A stretch of 64,000 nt of DNA, taken from positions 17,043-81,042 of the forward strand of contig JAJYWR010000002.1 of NCBI GenBank assembly GCA_021791395.1, in the 5' to 3' direction. This document shows positions 39,167 through 52,029 of the stretch, one piece after another. The position numbers and the translations under genes are program-made. Source of the stretch: a bacterium. GTDB lineage: Bacteria; Patescibacteriota; Minisyncoccia; UBA6257; GWB1-50-10. The stretch's first letter is position 1, and the number at the start of each line of letters is the position of its first letter. A model generated the notes under the pieces. It saw nothing but the letters and a program-made list of their open reading frames with translations. It ran no database searches and was not told the origin of the DNA.

Positions 39167-39910
39167 ATGGGTATCGGAGATGAAATTTCACTAAAAGCCG
39201 AACACCTTTTTTCCCTAGGGTGGTTTCCGGTTACCAACACGCTGCTCTTGAGCTTCGTTGCGGTCATTCTTTTCGTAATTTTTGGACTTTCGTTTAGGAG
39301 CAAGATAAAGATGGTTCCGGGGAAATTCCAGGCATTTTTCGAATGGATCTTGGATGAGATTTTGAACTTAATGGAAAACGTCCTGGGGAACAGGGCGGTA
39401 GCGGAAAAATATCTGTCGCTTGTCGCTTCGATCTTCTTCTTTGTTTTGATTTCGAACTGGTTAGGAATCCTCCCGGGCTTGAGTTCCATCGGCATCAAGA
39501 AAGGCGGCACCATCGTCCCGTTTTTCCGATCGCCGGCAAGTGATCTTAATTTCACGCTCGCTTTGGCAATCGTATCGGTGGTCGCAACGAATATCATCGC
39601 CATTCGATCGCTCGGCATAAAACTTCACTTGAAAAAATTTTTCAATTTTCAAAATCCTATTAAATTCTTCGTGGGAATCCTGGAGCTCATCTCTGAATTC
39701 GCGAAAATCGTTTCTTTTTCATTCCGATTATTCGGAAATGTTTTTGCCGGGGAAGTTCTCCTTATTACCGTAGGAGCTCTGGTCCCGTATTTCGTTCCCA
39801 TGCCCTTTCTCGTGATGGAGCTTTTTGTCGGCTTCATCCAGGCCTTCATCTTCGCGATGTTGACCATCGTCTTCATCGCATCGGCGACCGCCCTCGAGGA
39901 AGGACATTAA
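39167..39910 (+). CDS. atpB: F0F1 ATP synthase subunit a
   Basis: ISFSFRLFGNVFAGEVLL contains the essential Arg. Confidence 0.85.
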   Translation: MGIGDEISLKAEHLFSLGWFPVTNTLLLSFVAVILFVIFGLSFRSKIKMVPGKFQAFFEWILDEILNLMENVLGNRAVAEKYLSLVASIFFFVLISNWLGILPGLSSIGIKKGGTIVPFFRSPASDLNFTLALAIVSVVATNIIAIRSLGIKLHLKKFFNFQNPIKFFVGILELISEFAKIVSFSFRLFGNVFAGEVLLITVGALVPYFVPMPFLVMELFVGFIQAFIFAMLTIVFIASATALEEGH

Positions 39911-39943
39911 AGGTCGGAATAAAAATCAATTTCAATCAATACC

Positions 39944-40171
39944 ATGGATTTATCAAGCATTAAAATCATCGCAACCGCGTTCACGATCGCGATCGGCGTC
40001 ATCGCGCCGGCCATCGCAATCGGCAAGATCGGTTCGAATGCGGCCGATGCCATCGGCAGAAACCCAGAAGCGGCGCCGAAGATTCAAACTGCCATGATCT
40101 TGGCCATCGCCTTCGCGGAAGCCGTCGCCATTTATACCCTCGTCGTGGCGCTCATTATCAAGTTCACCTAA
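39944..40171 (+). CDS. atpE: F0F1 ATP synthase subunit c
   Basis: 75-aa hairpin proteolipid with AIAFAEAVAIYTLVVALII. Confidence 0.85.
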   Translation: MDLSSIKIIATAFTIAIGVIAPAIAIGKIGSNAADAIGRNPEAAPKIQTAMILAIAFAEAVAIYTLVVALIIKFT

Positions 40172-40180
40172 TCGAATTCA

Positions 40181-40687
40181 ATGCAATCGTTAATCCAAAA
40201 TTTCGGGATCAATTGGGAAACTCTCGCGAGCCAGATTTTCAATTTTCTCGTGATTTTCGGCATCATTGCCTTCCTGGTCTATAAACCGCTCGCGAAAAGC
40301 ATCGCCGAGCGACGGAAAAAGATCCAGGAAGGATTGGACAAAGAAGAAGAAGCTTCCCGTCGCCTTACGGAGATCGGCGCTTTGGAGAGTGAGACCTTAA
40401 AAAAGGCGGAAGAAAAAGCCGTCGGTCTCATCTCCCAAGCAGAAAAGCGGGCGAAAGAAGAAGAAGCGAAAATCCTGAAGGAAACTGAAGAGCGGGAGCG
40501 GGAAATGAAAGAAAAAAATCTTGAGGCAATTCAGGAAGCAAAGAACAAATCAATAAAAGAAGCACAGTCGGAATTGGCAACGCTTGCGAAAGAAATCCTC
40601 GTGAAAGCCGTGAAGGTCAATCCTCATGCGGTCGACGAGGCCCTTTTGAAACGGGTGGCCGATGAAGTCGTAAAAGGCGCCAAGTAA
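40181..40687 (+). CDS. atpF: F0F1 ATP synthase subunit b
   Basis: An N-terminal TM helix is followed by a long charged helix. Confidence 0.8.
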   Translation: MQSLIQNFGINWETLASQIFNFLVIFGIIAFLVYKPLAKSIAERRKKIQEGLDKEEEASRRLTEIGALESETLKKAEEKAVGLISQAEKRAKEEEAKILKETEEREREMKEKNLEAIQEAKNKSIKEAQSELATLAKEILVKAVKVNPHAVDEALLKRVADEVVKGAK

Positions 40688-40689
40688 CC

Positions 40690-41079
40690 ATGAAGATACC
40701 CTCGAAGTTGTACGCCAAGGTGTTCTCGGAGATGACCGAAGGGAAAAGTCCCGAGGAAATCAAAAAAATAGCAGAGCGCCTCGCCGGTCTCATCGATCGG
40801 AACGGAGACGCCGGACGGAAAGAGGAAATCCTCAAATTCGCGGAACGATACGCCCGCGAACTCCAAGGGAAGCATCTCTTAAACGTCGAGACTGCCCGGG
40901 AACTTCCCGATCATTTTTATGAAGAGATCGCCAAAAAACTGGGCAAGGGGAAATACGATATCGAGAAACACATCAACGAAGAATTGGTTGCCGGCGCGAA
41001 ACTCACGATCGACGACGAGCGGGAACTCGATATGACGCTCCGAACGATACTGAAAAATTTATTCAATAAAGAAAAATAA
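40690..41079 (+). CDS. atpH: F0F1 ATP synthase subunit delta (short)
   Basis: Position between atpF and atpA. 129 aa and helical. Confidence 0.6.
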   Translation: MKIPSKLYAKVFSEMTEGKSPEEIKKIAERLAGLIDRNGDAGRKEEILKFAERYARELQGKHLLNVETARELPDHFYEEIAKKLGKGKYDIEKHINEELVAGAKLTIDDERELDMTLRTILKNLFNKEK

Positions 41080-41081
41080 CT

Positions 41082-42599
41082 ATGAGTTATGAAATAGTGG
41101 AAAAACTGCGGCGAGCACTCGAGGATTCCGACCGGAAAACCGAGTGGGAAGATGTCGGCCGCGTCGTCGAAATCGGCGACGGCGTCGCGAAGATTTCCGG
41201 CCTTCGGAACGTGAAGAGCCAGGAGATCGTAACTATCGTGACCGAGGAAGGCTCGGTGCCGGCCTTGGCGCTGAACCTCGAAGAAGAAAGCTTGGGTGCT
41301 CTCATTTTAGGAGCCGATTCGGGTATCCGGAGCGGCGACGAAGTGCGACGGACCGGCGAAATTCTCTCAATCGAAATCGGCGATGAAATGTTGGGACGAG
41401 TTGTCGATCCTCTGGGAAGGCCCCTCGACGGCCGCGGTGAAATTTTTAAAACCAAAAAGCCCGTGCGGTACTTTCTGGAACGGAATGCTCCTTCGGTTTT
41501 GGATCGGGAAGGGGTAAAAATACCGCTCCACACGGGAATCAAATCAATTGATGCCATGATCCCGATTGGACGGGGACAGCGGGAACTCATCATCGGCGAT
41601 CGCCAGACGGGAAAAACGGCGATTGTTATCGATGCAATCATCAACCAGCGGCAAGACAGTGGCAGAAAATTGCCGGTCTGCATCTATGTTGCGATCGGCC
41701 AAAAGGAATCCAAAGTCGCGGAACTCGTGAAAACGCTCGAAGAAAACGGCGCGATGAAATACTCGATCATCGTCGTCGCAGGCGCTTCATCGCCGGCGGC
41801 CTTTTGGTACCTTGCGCCGTACGCCGGGTGTGCCATCGGCGAATATTTCATGGATAAAGGAGAGGATGCGCTCGTGATTTACGACGACCTTTCGAAGCAC
41901 GCCTGGAGTTACCGCCAAATATCACTCCTTCTCCGGCGGCCGCCGGGAAGAGAAGCATACCCAGGCGACGTATTTTATCTTCATTCGCGTCTTTTGGAAC
42001 GGGCGGCGAAATTGAGCCCCGAAAAAGGTGGCGGATCCTTGACGGCACTTCCCATCATCGAAACGCAGCTCGGCGACATTTCTGCCTACATCCCGACGAA
42101 TGTCATTTCCATCACGGACGGCCAAATCTATCTTGAGTCCGATCTTTTCAATCAGGGTGTCCGGCCGGCCATTAATGCAGGGCTTTCGGTTTCGCGTGTC
42201 GGATCAAGCGCACAGACAAAAGCCATGAAGAAAGTTGCTGGCCGATTGAGACTTGAACTCGCGCAATTCCGGGAACTTCAAGCTTTCGTGCAGTTCGCTT
42301 CGGAAGTGGATGAAGCGACAAAAAAACGGATCAAGCGCGGCGAAGTACTGACTGAGATATTGAAACAAAGCGACCTCGCGCCGGTCGCCATGGAAAAGCA
42401 AGTATGCTTGATCTATGCGGCCGTGAACGGCTACTTCGACGATGCAAAAAAAGAAGAAGTAGGAAACAAAGCGGATGAATTCGTTAAATATCTCGAAGAT
42501 CTCCATGTCGATATTTTGAAGAAAATAGCCGAAGCGGGGGATTTAGAAAAGGAAGTAGAAGAACGGCTCAAAAAAGCGTGTGAGTCATGGCATCGTTAA
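41082..42599 (+). CDS. atpA: F0F1 ATP synthase subunit alpha
   Basis: [10 protein letters not shown]-loop. 505 aa. Confidence 0.95.
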   Translation: MSYEIVEKLRRALEDSDRKTEWEDVGRVVEIGDGVAKISGLRNVKSQEIVTIVTEEGSVPALALNLEEESLGALILGADSGIRSGDEVRRTGEILSIEIGDEMLGRVVDPLGRPLDGRGEIFKTKKPVRYFLERNAPSVLDREGVKIPLHTGIKSIDAMIPIGRGQRELIIGDRQTGKTAIVIDAIINQRQDSGRKLPVCIYVAIGQKESKVAELVKTLEENGAMKYSIIVVAGASSPAAFWYLAPYAGCAIGEYFMDKGEDALVIYDDLSKHAWSYRQISLLLRRPPGREAYPGDVFYLHSRLLERAAKLSPEKGGGSLTALPIIETQLGDISAYIPTNVISITDGQIYLESDLFNQGVRPAINAGLSVSRVGSSAQTKAMKKVAGRLRLELAQFRELQAFVQFASEVDEATKKRIKRGEVLTEILKQSDLAPVAMEKQVCLIYAAVNGYFDDAKKEEVGNKADEFVKYLEDLHVDILKKIAEAGDLEKEVEERLKKACESWHR

Positions 42600-42603
42600 A
42601 TTC

Positions 42604-45187
<2,584 letters not shown>

Positions 45188-45257
45188 TCGCGATTTTTGA
45201 TGTATACTAGCGCGAAGTTGGTCGCTCACGACTTTTGTCAATTAAAAAGGAAAAAAT

Positions 45258-45668
45258 ATGAAAAAAATCTTGTCAGTTGAATCACCCGAAGGGCACTACC
45301 ACGCGAAATCCGTCATACTTTGGTGCTTTGATGACCGTTTCTCAGGAGCTTTAGAAAAATTCTTGAAGGAGCATTCCGATCAGCACTTCGACATCATCAA
45401 GGTTGCCGGCGGCGTCAAACAGCTGGTCTCACCCGAACATGAAACCGATCGGGACTTCATTCTTCGCCAAATAGCCGCCTCCATCAAGCTTCACGGAACG
45501 GAAAACGTCGGTATTATGGCGCACGACGAATGTGGCGCCTATGGCGGCAAAAGAGAAGTGCCGTTCTACGAAGAAGAATTAAGAAAGGGGGAAGAGATAT
45601 TGAAGGAATTCCTTCATATCGGGGTGACAAAGATGTTCGTCGGCTTCGACGGCATCTACGAGGTTTAA
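45258..45668 (+). CDS. Small beta-carbonic-anhydrase-like protein
   Basis: LWCFDDRF is a CxDxR motif, and MAHDECGAYGG is an HxxCG motif. Together they form the beta-CA zinc-ligand pair. At 136 aa it is shorter than typical beta-CAs. Confidence 0.4.
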   Translation: MKKILSVESPEGHYHAKSVILWCFDDRFSGALEKFLKEHSDQHFDIIKVAGGVKQLVSPEHETDRDFILRQIAASIKLHGTENVGIMAHDECGAYGGKREVPFYEEELRKGEEILKEFLHIGVTKMFVGFDGIYEV

Positions 45669-45869
45669 CTAACTAAACAAAGGCCGCGGGAAAACAACAT
45701 CTTCCTGCGGTCTTTTGCTTTTTAAAGCTTATCCTCAGAATCTTTGGCCCCCCGCTCTCCTCGAATTTTTGGGGGAGACCGGGGGGCGGAAGTGGGGGAT
45801 GGAAAAGAGAGCGGAGGCCGGAGAGGCGAAATTTTGCAGGAAGAGCCAGACGGATATAGAATAAGAGCG

Positions 45870-47579
45870 ATGCCAAAAGATGTCGATCTCATCAAGGAAA
45901 AAATCGGCGTTGTCGACCTTTTAAAGTCATACGTCGAGCTCATTCCGGCCGGCAAAAATTTCAAAGCGCTTTGCCCTTTCCATCAGGAAAAAACACCCTC
46001 GTTTTTCGTTTCGCCGGAACGGAAAATGTGGCACTGTTTCGGATGCGGCCTCGGGGGCGATGTCATCAAGTTCGTCATGCTCTACGAGCACGTCGAATTT
46101 CCTGAAGCCCTCAAATTCCTCGCCGAAAAAGCCGGCCTCCAAATCCAAACCCTGAATCCTGCTGAGCAGCGCGAGTTTGGTGTTCTCTATGACATCAACG
46201 AAGCTGCCGCCGTATTCTATCGACAAAACCTCCTCCGAAATCAAAATGTGCTTACGTACCTCACGGAGAGGGGACTTAAACCGGAAACAATGGAGGAATT
46301 CAAGATCGGCTACGCAACAGGAGGGGACGATCTCGTGAGGTATCTCGTCAAGAACCACTACACCGTGAGCGATGCTATGCGGGCAGGGCTCGCACAAAAG
46401 AACGCGCGCGGTCTCATTAAAGACAAATTTTTCGAGCGGATCATGTTCCCGATTGCGAACCAGGTTGGGAAAACGGTCGCTTTCACCGGCCGTATCGTAC
46501 CGGGGGTGAACGGCGCTGACGCAAAAGACACTCCGAAATATTTAAACTCTCCCGAAACCATCATTTTCAACAAATCGAAAGTCCTTTACGGTTTCGATAA
46601 ATCAAAGCAAGCAATTGCCGAGTCGAAGGTCGTCGTCATTGTCGAAGGACAAATGGATTTTCTCATGTCCTGGCAGTCGGGCATCAAAAACGTCGTTGCC
46701 GTCTCCGGGACCGGCCTTACGGAAGAACACTTACTGCGCCTCCGAAGATTCGCCGATACCGTGATGGTGAGTTTTGATAAAGACGAAGCTGGTATCAAAG
46801 CTCTCGAGCGAAGCTTGGACTATTTTCACAACTTTGATTTCCATGTAAAGGTCATCGATCTCGGCACATTCAAAGACCCGGCGGACGCGTGCAAAGAAAA
46901 TCCGGAATTCATGAAAACGGCCTTGAGTTGGGCGAAGCCGGCCCTCTCGTATCTCATGAACATCTACTTTACGAACGATTCATATACAGAAGGAGACATT
47001 CCAACCAAAAAAAGAATTCTTCGTCATGTCCTCTCGAAGATTGAGACAGTAAAAAGTGCCGTCGAAAAAGGTATGTGGATTGGCGAGTGCTCCAAATTCT
47101 CCGGCATTGCGGAAAACGATCTTCGGGAAGAAATGGGGAACCTCTCCGTCGAGGAGATTAAGGATGCATCCCCGGAATTTATATCCCGCGAGAATCAAGC
47201 GGATAAACAGGAAGAATTGGCCAGAAAGTTGGTCGCCGTTGCTTTGACAAACAGGGTCTTTCTTGATACCTTAAAAAACGAACTGGAGTTCCTTCCTGAA
47301 AAATTCAGAGGCATTGTCGAGGGCGGAGCAAGCGCCGATGACGGGGGCGTACTGGAACTCGAAGCGTCGTACCTTACCAGCTCACTCGACGAGAAAACCA
47401 TCAAAAAAGAATTCAACGATCTTCTAAAAAGGATCAAAATCCTATCCATCAACGAAACAAGATCGTCACTCAAAAAAGCGCTCCGAGAAGCCGAAAACTC
47501 CGAAGACGAAGAAAACATCTCGAAACTTTTAACCCGCTTCTCTGATGAAAGCAAAAAATTGAACGATTTGAAGAAATAA
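45870..47579 (+). CDS. dnaG: DNA primase
   Basis: CHC2 zinc finger [13 protein letters not shown]…WHCFGCG, and a TOPRIM domain ([11 protein letters not shown]…FDKDEAG). The start is set at [10 protein letters not shown], because the upstream part of the ORF runs through a GC-rich repeat. Confidence 0.85.
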   Translation: MPKDVDLIKEKIGVVDLLKSYVELIPAGKNFKALCPFHQEKTPSFFVSPERKMWHCFGCGLGGDVIKFVMLYEHVEFPEALKFLAEKAGLQIQTLNPAEQREFGVLYDINEAAAVFYRQNLLRNQNVLTYLTERGLKPETMEEFKIGYATGGDDLVRYLVKNHYTVSDAMRAGLAQKNARGLIKDKFFERIMFPIANQVGKTVAFTGRIVPGVNGADAKDTPKYLNSPETIIFNKSKVLYGFDKSKQAIAESKVVVIVEGQMDFLMSWQSGIKNVVAVSGTGLTEEHLLRLRRFADTVMVSFDKDEAGIKALERSLDYFHNFDFHVKVIDLGTFKDPADACKENPEFMKTALSWAKPALSYLMNIYFTNDSYTEGDIPTKKRILRHVLSKIETVKSAVEKGMWIGECSKFSGIAENDLREEMGNLSVEEIKDASPEFISRENQADKQEELARKLVAVALTNRVFLDTLKNELEFLPEKFRGIVEGGASADDGGVLELEASYLTSSLDEKTIKKEFNDLLKRIKILSINETRSSLKKALREAENSEDEENISKLLTRFSDESKKLNDLKK

Positions 47580-47580
47580 C

Positions 47581-48786
47581 ATGGCTTCTCAAAAAAAGTA
47601 TCACAAGAAACAAGCGAGACGACCCGCCACAAAGAAAAAGGCGGCAACAAAATCCGCAACAACAAAAAAGCGGCAACCAAAACCGAAGAAAGAAAAATTA
47701 GTTCCCATCCCACCGGAGTACGCTGAGGCCCTGGAGGAACTTGTAAAACGCGGACGAGGCAGAGAGTTCCTGACTGATGCCGAAGTGTTGAATTATTTCC
47801 CGGAAATAGAAAAAAACCTTCCATTCTTGGAGCAAGTATATGCCCGCCTCGAAAAGGAAGGGATTAAAATCAAAGAATCGGGTCCGGTCATCAAGAACTT
47901 GAACCTTGAGGAAGTTTCCGCGAGCGAACTCAAGGAAGCGACCAGGATCGAAAACGACCTCCCGGATGCCGTCCAGATGTACTTGAAAGAAATCGGAAAA
48001 ACCCCGCTCTTGACCTCGGCGGAAGAAAAAGACCTCGCAAAACGCATCGAGCACGGAGACGAAGCCGCACGAAAGAGATTAATTCAAGCGAATCTCCGGC
48101 TCGTCGTCTCTATCGCTAAGCGGTATGCCAACCGGAGCCAACGCTTGAGTATCCTCGACTTGATCCAAGAGGGAAATATCGGCCTTTCGCGCGCCGTCGA
48201 TAAATTCGATTACACAAAAGGGTTCAAATTCTCAACGTACGCCACGTGGTGGATCAGACAAGCCGTGACGCGCGCCTTGGCTGATTACTCGCGAACCATT
48301 CGTATTCCGGTTCACATGGTGGAAACGATCACAAAATACACGCAAATCAAGCGACAACTCATGCAAGAAATCGGTCGGGAACCGCTGCCGGAAGAAATTG
48401 CTTCCGAAATGGGCATGGATGTGAAAAAAATTCACTATATTCAGAAGATCTCGCAGGAAGTTATGTCCCTTGAAGCCCCAATCGGCGACAGCGAGGATGA
48501 TCTGACGCTTTCCGACTTCATCAAAGATGAACAAAGTTTGAGCCCCGATGAAATGGCGAATCAAGCGCTCTTGAAGGATCAAATCAAGGAAATTTTGGCG
48601 GATCTTACGGAACGCGAACAAAAGATTCTCGCCATGCGGTTCGGTCTCGATGACAATATCCCGCATACACTCGAGGAAGTTGGTAAAGAGTTCGGCGTCA
48701 CGAGAGAACGCATCCGACAAATCGAAGCAAAGGCATTGGAAAAGATCCGAACGCACCAAAAATCGAAAAAACTGGAAGGGTACTAA
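47581..48786 (+). CDS. rpoD: RNA polymerase sigma factor RpoD
   Basis: Region 2.4 [16 protein letters not shown], and region 4 [21 protein letters not shown]. Confidence 0.9.
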   Translation: MASQKKYHKKQARRPATKKKAATKSATTKKRQPKPKKEKLVPIPPEYAEALEELVKRGRGREFLTDAEVLNYFPEIEKNLPFLEQVYARLEKEGIKIKESGPVIKNLNLEEVSASELKEATRIENDLPDAVQMYLKEIGKTPLLTSAEEKDLAKRIEHGDEAARKRLIQANLRLVVSIAKRYANRSQRLSILDLIQEGNIGLSRAVDKFDYTKGFKFSTYATWWIRQAVTRALADYSRTIRIPVHMVETITKYTQIKRQLMQEIGREPLPEEIASEMGMDVKKIHYIQKISQEVMSLEAPIGDSEDDLTLSDFIKDEQSLSPDEMANQALLKDQIKEILADLTEREQKILAMRFGLDDNIPHTLEEVGKEFGVTRERIRQIEAKALEKIRTHQKSKKLEGY

Positions 48787-48983
48787 GCGTTCGGCCCCGG
48801 CAAGCTGAAAAAGTGTGCGCTCCAAGGCCGCTAGGCCGGTCTTACCCACTTTTTCATTTTACCGAGGCCTCACTTGGAATTGGTAACTTATGTGATATAA
48901 TAACGGGTACTGCTTTGGCGGGATTCCTGTCGCAATGGCGGGAATAACTGTTCTTTTCAACAACCATTTATTGGAGGCATCTG

Positions 48984-49262
48984 ATGTGTTTTTTCCGAGA
49001 AACGTTCGCCGCGACCGTTACAAAAAGTAACGGCAAACATTTCATCGTGTCCTTTTTCATGGGGAAAGAAGAAGTAAAAATTTCGGTCCCCAAGAAAAAG
49101 AATTTTCACGAAAGAATCGGGGAGATTCTTTTCGTGAAACTGACGAAAAAGAAAGGAGATTTTGTCGTCAAAGAAATTTGGCGATCTGGCGAGCGAGGCG
49201 AAGGGGGTAGTACAAGGAAAGAAAATTACCACAGACCAATAGTGTCTGGGGTAACAATCTGA
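48984..49262 (+). CDS. Hypothetical small protein
   Basis: It sits behind a TTGGAA-16-TATAAT promoter-like sequence at 48876–48903. No recognisable family, and the coding status is uncertain. Confidence 0.2.
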   Translation: MCFFRETFAATVTKSNGKHFIVSFFMGKEEVKISVPKKKNFHERIGEILFVKLTKKKGDFVVKEIWRSGERGEGGSTRKENYHRPIVSGVTI

Positions 49263-49302
49263 AAATCGAAATTTTCTCGAGGGCTCTGCAAAACATGCGG
49301 AG

Positions 49303-49380
49303 CCTTTCACTTTTTGTCGGGCTGCCGGGGGTTTCACGTCGCCCCTCGACGAGCTCAGGGCTCCCTAACACCTTGCGGTT
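49303..49380 (-). pseudogene. Degenerate tRNA-Pro-like remnant (tandem with tRNA-Pro)
   Basis: The reverse complement ends …GGGGCGACGTGAAACCCCCGGCAGCCCGACAAAA, against the tRNA's …GGGTGCGACCCGGGTTCAACTCCCGGCAGCCCGACAAAA. The T-arm is destroyed and the anticodon region is unrecognisable. Confidence 0.4.
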
Positions 49381-49457
49381 TTAGTGTTTCCACCACGGGA
49401 AAACTTCCGTTTTCCCGACCCCTTTCCCGTTCAACTTCCGGCTATGATTTTATTTTG

Positions 49458-49528
49458 TCGGGCTGCCGGGAGTTGAACCCGGGTCGCACCCACCCCAAGG
49501 GTGTATACTACCGCTGTACTACAACCCG
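49458..49528 (-). tRNA. tRNA-Pro (anticodon GGG)
   Basis: The reverse complement reads CGGGTTGTAGTACAGCGGTAGTATACACCCTTGGGGTGGGTGCGACCCGGGTTCAACTCCCGGCAGCCCGA. It has a 7-bp acceptor stem, anticodon loop TTGGGGT and T-loop TTCAACT. Confidence 0.85.
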
Positions 49529-49538
49529 AAAAAGCGCC

Positions 49539-49742
49539 CTATTTTTTAGCGGGCGCTTTCTTTTTACTCAAAGTTTTCAAGCACTTCACGCACACCAAAA
49601 CCCGCTTTCCCGGAACGATATTCCGCATGAGTTTTAAGTTTGCCCGTTTCCTATGGGAAGATGTCGGATTGTAATGGCTCCGGAGCATTACGCGCGTATT
49701 GGCGGTCTTATATGATTTTCCGCAGATATAGCACTGTCGCAT
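49539..49742 (-). CDS. rpmB: Ribosomal protein L28 (zinc-ribbon type)
   Basis: CYICGK…NTRVMLRSHYNPTSSHRKRANLK…CVKC matches the L28 pattern C..GK…GN.VSHS.N.T.R…PNL plus a C-terminal CxxC. Confidence 0.65.
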   Translation of the reverse strand: MRQCYICGKSYKTANTRVMLRSHYNPTSSHRKRANLKLMRNIVPGKRVLVCVKCLKTLSKKKAPAKK

Positions 49743-49780
49743 ATGGTTGGATGTTACCTAAAGGGAACGCGGATGTCAAT

Positions 49781-50413
49781 TCAATAAAGAGGAATACCGG
49801 TGAAAATTCGAAAGATGAACGAAATGATCGGCGTTATGACAGAAAAGCCAAAAAAAATGAAGGCGATAAGAATGAACCAGCCGTATGGATTGTTCTCGGC
49901 GAGGAACCGCTTCACTTTCCACGCACTGTCCGGAAGCGCTGCCGTGAGAACCTTCGCTCCGTCAAGGGGAGGAATCGGCACCAAATTGAAAACGCCAAGC
50001 AGTACGTTAATTGCAACGATAATACCGGCAAACGCGTTGAAACTCGCGAGAATTCCAGCATTGTACGGGGCGGTGATCCTGAAGAGGATGCCGAAAACGA
50101 GCGCCAGAGCGAAATTGGAAAGGGGACCGGCAGCCGCGATCTTAGCTGCGCCCTTTTCAGGGTCTTTCAAGTTATAAGGATTGTACGGAACGGGTTTTGC
50201 CCAACCGAAGATGATCCCTCCGGGTATGAGGGCGAGGAGCAGTGGAAGAATGACCGATCCGAAGGGATCTAAGTGCTTTAAAGGATTCAGCGTCAATCTC
50301 CCCGAAAGCCTTGCGGTTGGATCTCCCAGCTTATCGGCCACGAAGCCGTGCGACACTTCGTGGATGACCGCGGAAAATATCAAAATAATCACTTCGAAGA
50401 TAACGGTTGTCAT
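49781..50413 (-). CDS. Site-2 protease family (M50) membrane metalloprotease
   Basis: HEVSHG is an HExxH motif inside a TM helix. Polytopic. The start is at MTTVIFEV. Confidence 0.65.
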   Translation of the reverse strand: MTTVIFEVIILIFSAVIHEVSHGFVADKLGDPTARLSGRLTLNPLKHLDPFGSVILPLLLALIPGGIIFGWAKPVPYNPYNLKDPEKGAAKIAAAGPLSNFALALVFGILFRITAPYNAGILASFNAFAGIIVAINVLLGVFNLVPIPPLDGAKVLTAALPDSAWKVKRFLAENNPYGWFILIAFIFFGFSVITPIISFIFRIFTGIPLY

Positions 50414-50444
50414 TTTGGTAACCTTCCCATGATATAATAGAATC

Positions 50445-51089
50445 ATGAACAAAAACAGAAGCCTCAGGAATCTGTATGTGGTATTGGGGGTGATGGTTGT
50501 TCTTATGGTTGCCGGATTTTTCATTCTCTTTCAAAAGATCAGCACCCTGGAAAGCCTCGACTCGCAAGACGTCACGAGCAGTGCAAGCATAAGCACGAGT
50601 ACAAATACGAATTTGAATTCAAGTTCAAGTTCAAGCTCAAGCACGCCCGTTGAAACAACGACGACCGCAACTTCTTCCCAAGTGTCGCCGGTTTCGATAA
50701 ATTCCAGCATCTTATTCAATGCAACGTCGAGCCCCAATCTTCAACCGCAGGCGAAACTCACCGTTCTCGTAAGCAGAGTTACCAAGACGCCGGACGGAAA
50801 TATCGCCGTGACGGTCAAGGTATTCACCGATTCCGCGACGAGCTACAGCGCCGTCGATCTTTCAAATCTCGTACAAATCTTCAATCCTTCGGGAAACAAC
50901 GTGACATCGACAAGCATTACCGGCGCCTTTAAGGCGATGCCCCCGCAAAGTTCCGTGGACGGTGTCGCGAACTTTTCCATGGATCCCTCGGTGACAAGCT
51001 TCATCCTTCAGGTTGGCCCATCCGACAATGCCGCTTTTTATCAGTTCGACTTCACGAACGGGAGCTACAAACCGGTTACCGTGGGTTGA
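50445..51089 (+). CDS. Secreted or membrane-anchored Ser/Thr-rich protein
   Basis: An N-terminal TM helix is followed by an S/T/N low-complexity tract and a beta-rich C-terminal domain. Confidence 0.4.
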   Translation: MNKNRSLRNLYVVLGVMVVLMVAGFFILFQKISTLESLDSQDVTSSASISTSTNTNLNSSSSSSSSTPVETTTTATSSQVSPVSINSSILFNATSSPNLQPQAKLTVLVSRVTKTPDGNIAVTVKVFTDSATSYSAVDLSNLVQIFNPSGNNVTSTSITGAFKAMPPQSSVDGVANFSMDPSVTSFILQVGPSDNAAFYQFDFTNGSYKPVTVG

Positions 51090-51134
51090 CAATTTTAACG
51101 ATCGCCCTTACCATATCTATCCGTAGCGACAAGA

Positions 51135-51548
51135 ATGCCCACTGTTAATCAGTTGATCAAGAAAGGCAGGTTGACTGCCAAAAAGAAATCGAAATCTCCA
51201 GCCCTGGAGTTTTATTTCAATTATTTAAAAAACCGCCCCGTCGACTCACCATCGCCTTTCAAGCGGGGAGTATGCTTGAAGGTCTTCACGACAACGCCCA
51301 AAAAGCCAAACTCCGCCTTGCGGAAAGTGGCAAGGGTACGGTTGACGAACGGCATGGAAGTCACCGCGTATATCCCTGGCGAAGGTCATAACCTGCAGGA
51401 ACACTCCGTCGTGGTGATCCGCGGCGGGAGGGTTAAGGATCTTCCGGGTGTTCGATATCACATCGTCCGGGGTATTTTGGACACGCAAGGCGTCGAAGCG
51501 AGAAAACAACAGCGCTCCAAGTATGGGGCAAAGCGTCCGAAAAAATAA
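51135..51548 (+). CDS. rpsL: Ribosomal protein S12, with a roughly 13-aa insertion
   Basis: [12 protein letters not shown]…[71 protein letters not shown]. The insert [17 protein letters not shown] replaces the usual short loop. Confidence 0.95.
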   Translation: MPTVNQLIKKGRLTAKKKSKSPALEFYFNYLKNRPVDSPSPFKRGVCLKVFTTTPKKPNSALRKVARVRLTNGMEVTAYIPGEGHNLQEHSVVVIRGGRVKDLPGVRYHIVRGILDTQGVEARKQQRSKYGAKRPKK

Positions 51549-51553
51549 TCATC

Positions 51554-52024
51554 ATGCGAAGAAAAGGGTTCAAAAAAAGAGAGCATAATCCGGATCATGT
51601 CAACGGCCGCGTGGATATGGGTCGTTTTGTGAACTATCTCATGGAAGACGGTAAAAAACTGGTTGCCGAGAAAATTTTATACGAGAGTTTGCGGTACATT
51701 GAAAAGGAAACGAAAGAAGACCCCATCCAAGTTTTCGAGCGAGCACTTGAAAATGCGACGCCGCTTCTCGAGGTGACCTCGAAGCGCATCGGCGGAGCGA
51801 ACTATCAAATACCGCGGGAAGTAAGGAGCGAACGGAAATTCTTCCTTGCGACGCACTGGATCATCGACGCGGCGAGAAAAAAGAAGGGGAAACCCATGGC
51901 CCAAAAGCTCGCGGAAGAAATCATTGCCGCCTCTAAAAACGAAGGAACGGCGATCAAGAAGAAACAGGATACGCACCGCATGGCGGAAGCAAATCGGGCC
52001 TTTGCGAGCTACTTGAGGGGTTAA
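51554..52024 (+). CDS. rpsG: Ribosomal protein S7
   Basis: 156 aa. The position and the [19 protein letters not shown] pattern support S7. Confidence 0.9.
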   Translation: MRRKGFKKREHNPDHVNGRVDMGRFVNYLMEDGKKLVAEKILYESLRYIEKETKEDPIQVFERALENATPLLEVTSKRIGGANYQIPREVRSERKFFLATHWIIDAARKKKGKPMAQKLAEEIIAASKNEGTAIKKKQDTHRMAEANRAFASYLRG

Positions 52025-52029
52025 TTATT

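Noticed and set aside
45744-45869. N-terminal 42-codon extension of dnaG (MAPRSPRIFGGDRGAEVGDGKESGGRRGEI…).
   Set aside because: It is a Gly/Arg-rich translation of the GC-rich repeat motif. The canonical primase zinc-finger N-terminus begins at the ATG at 45870.
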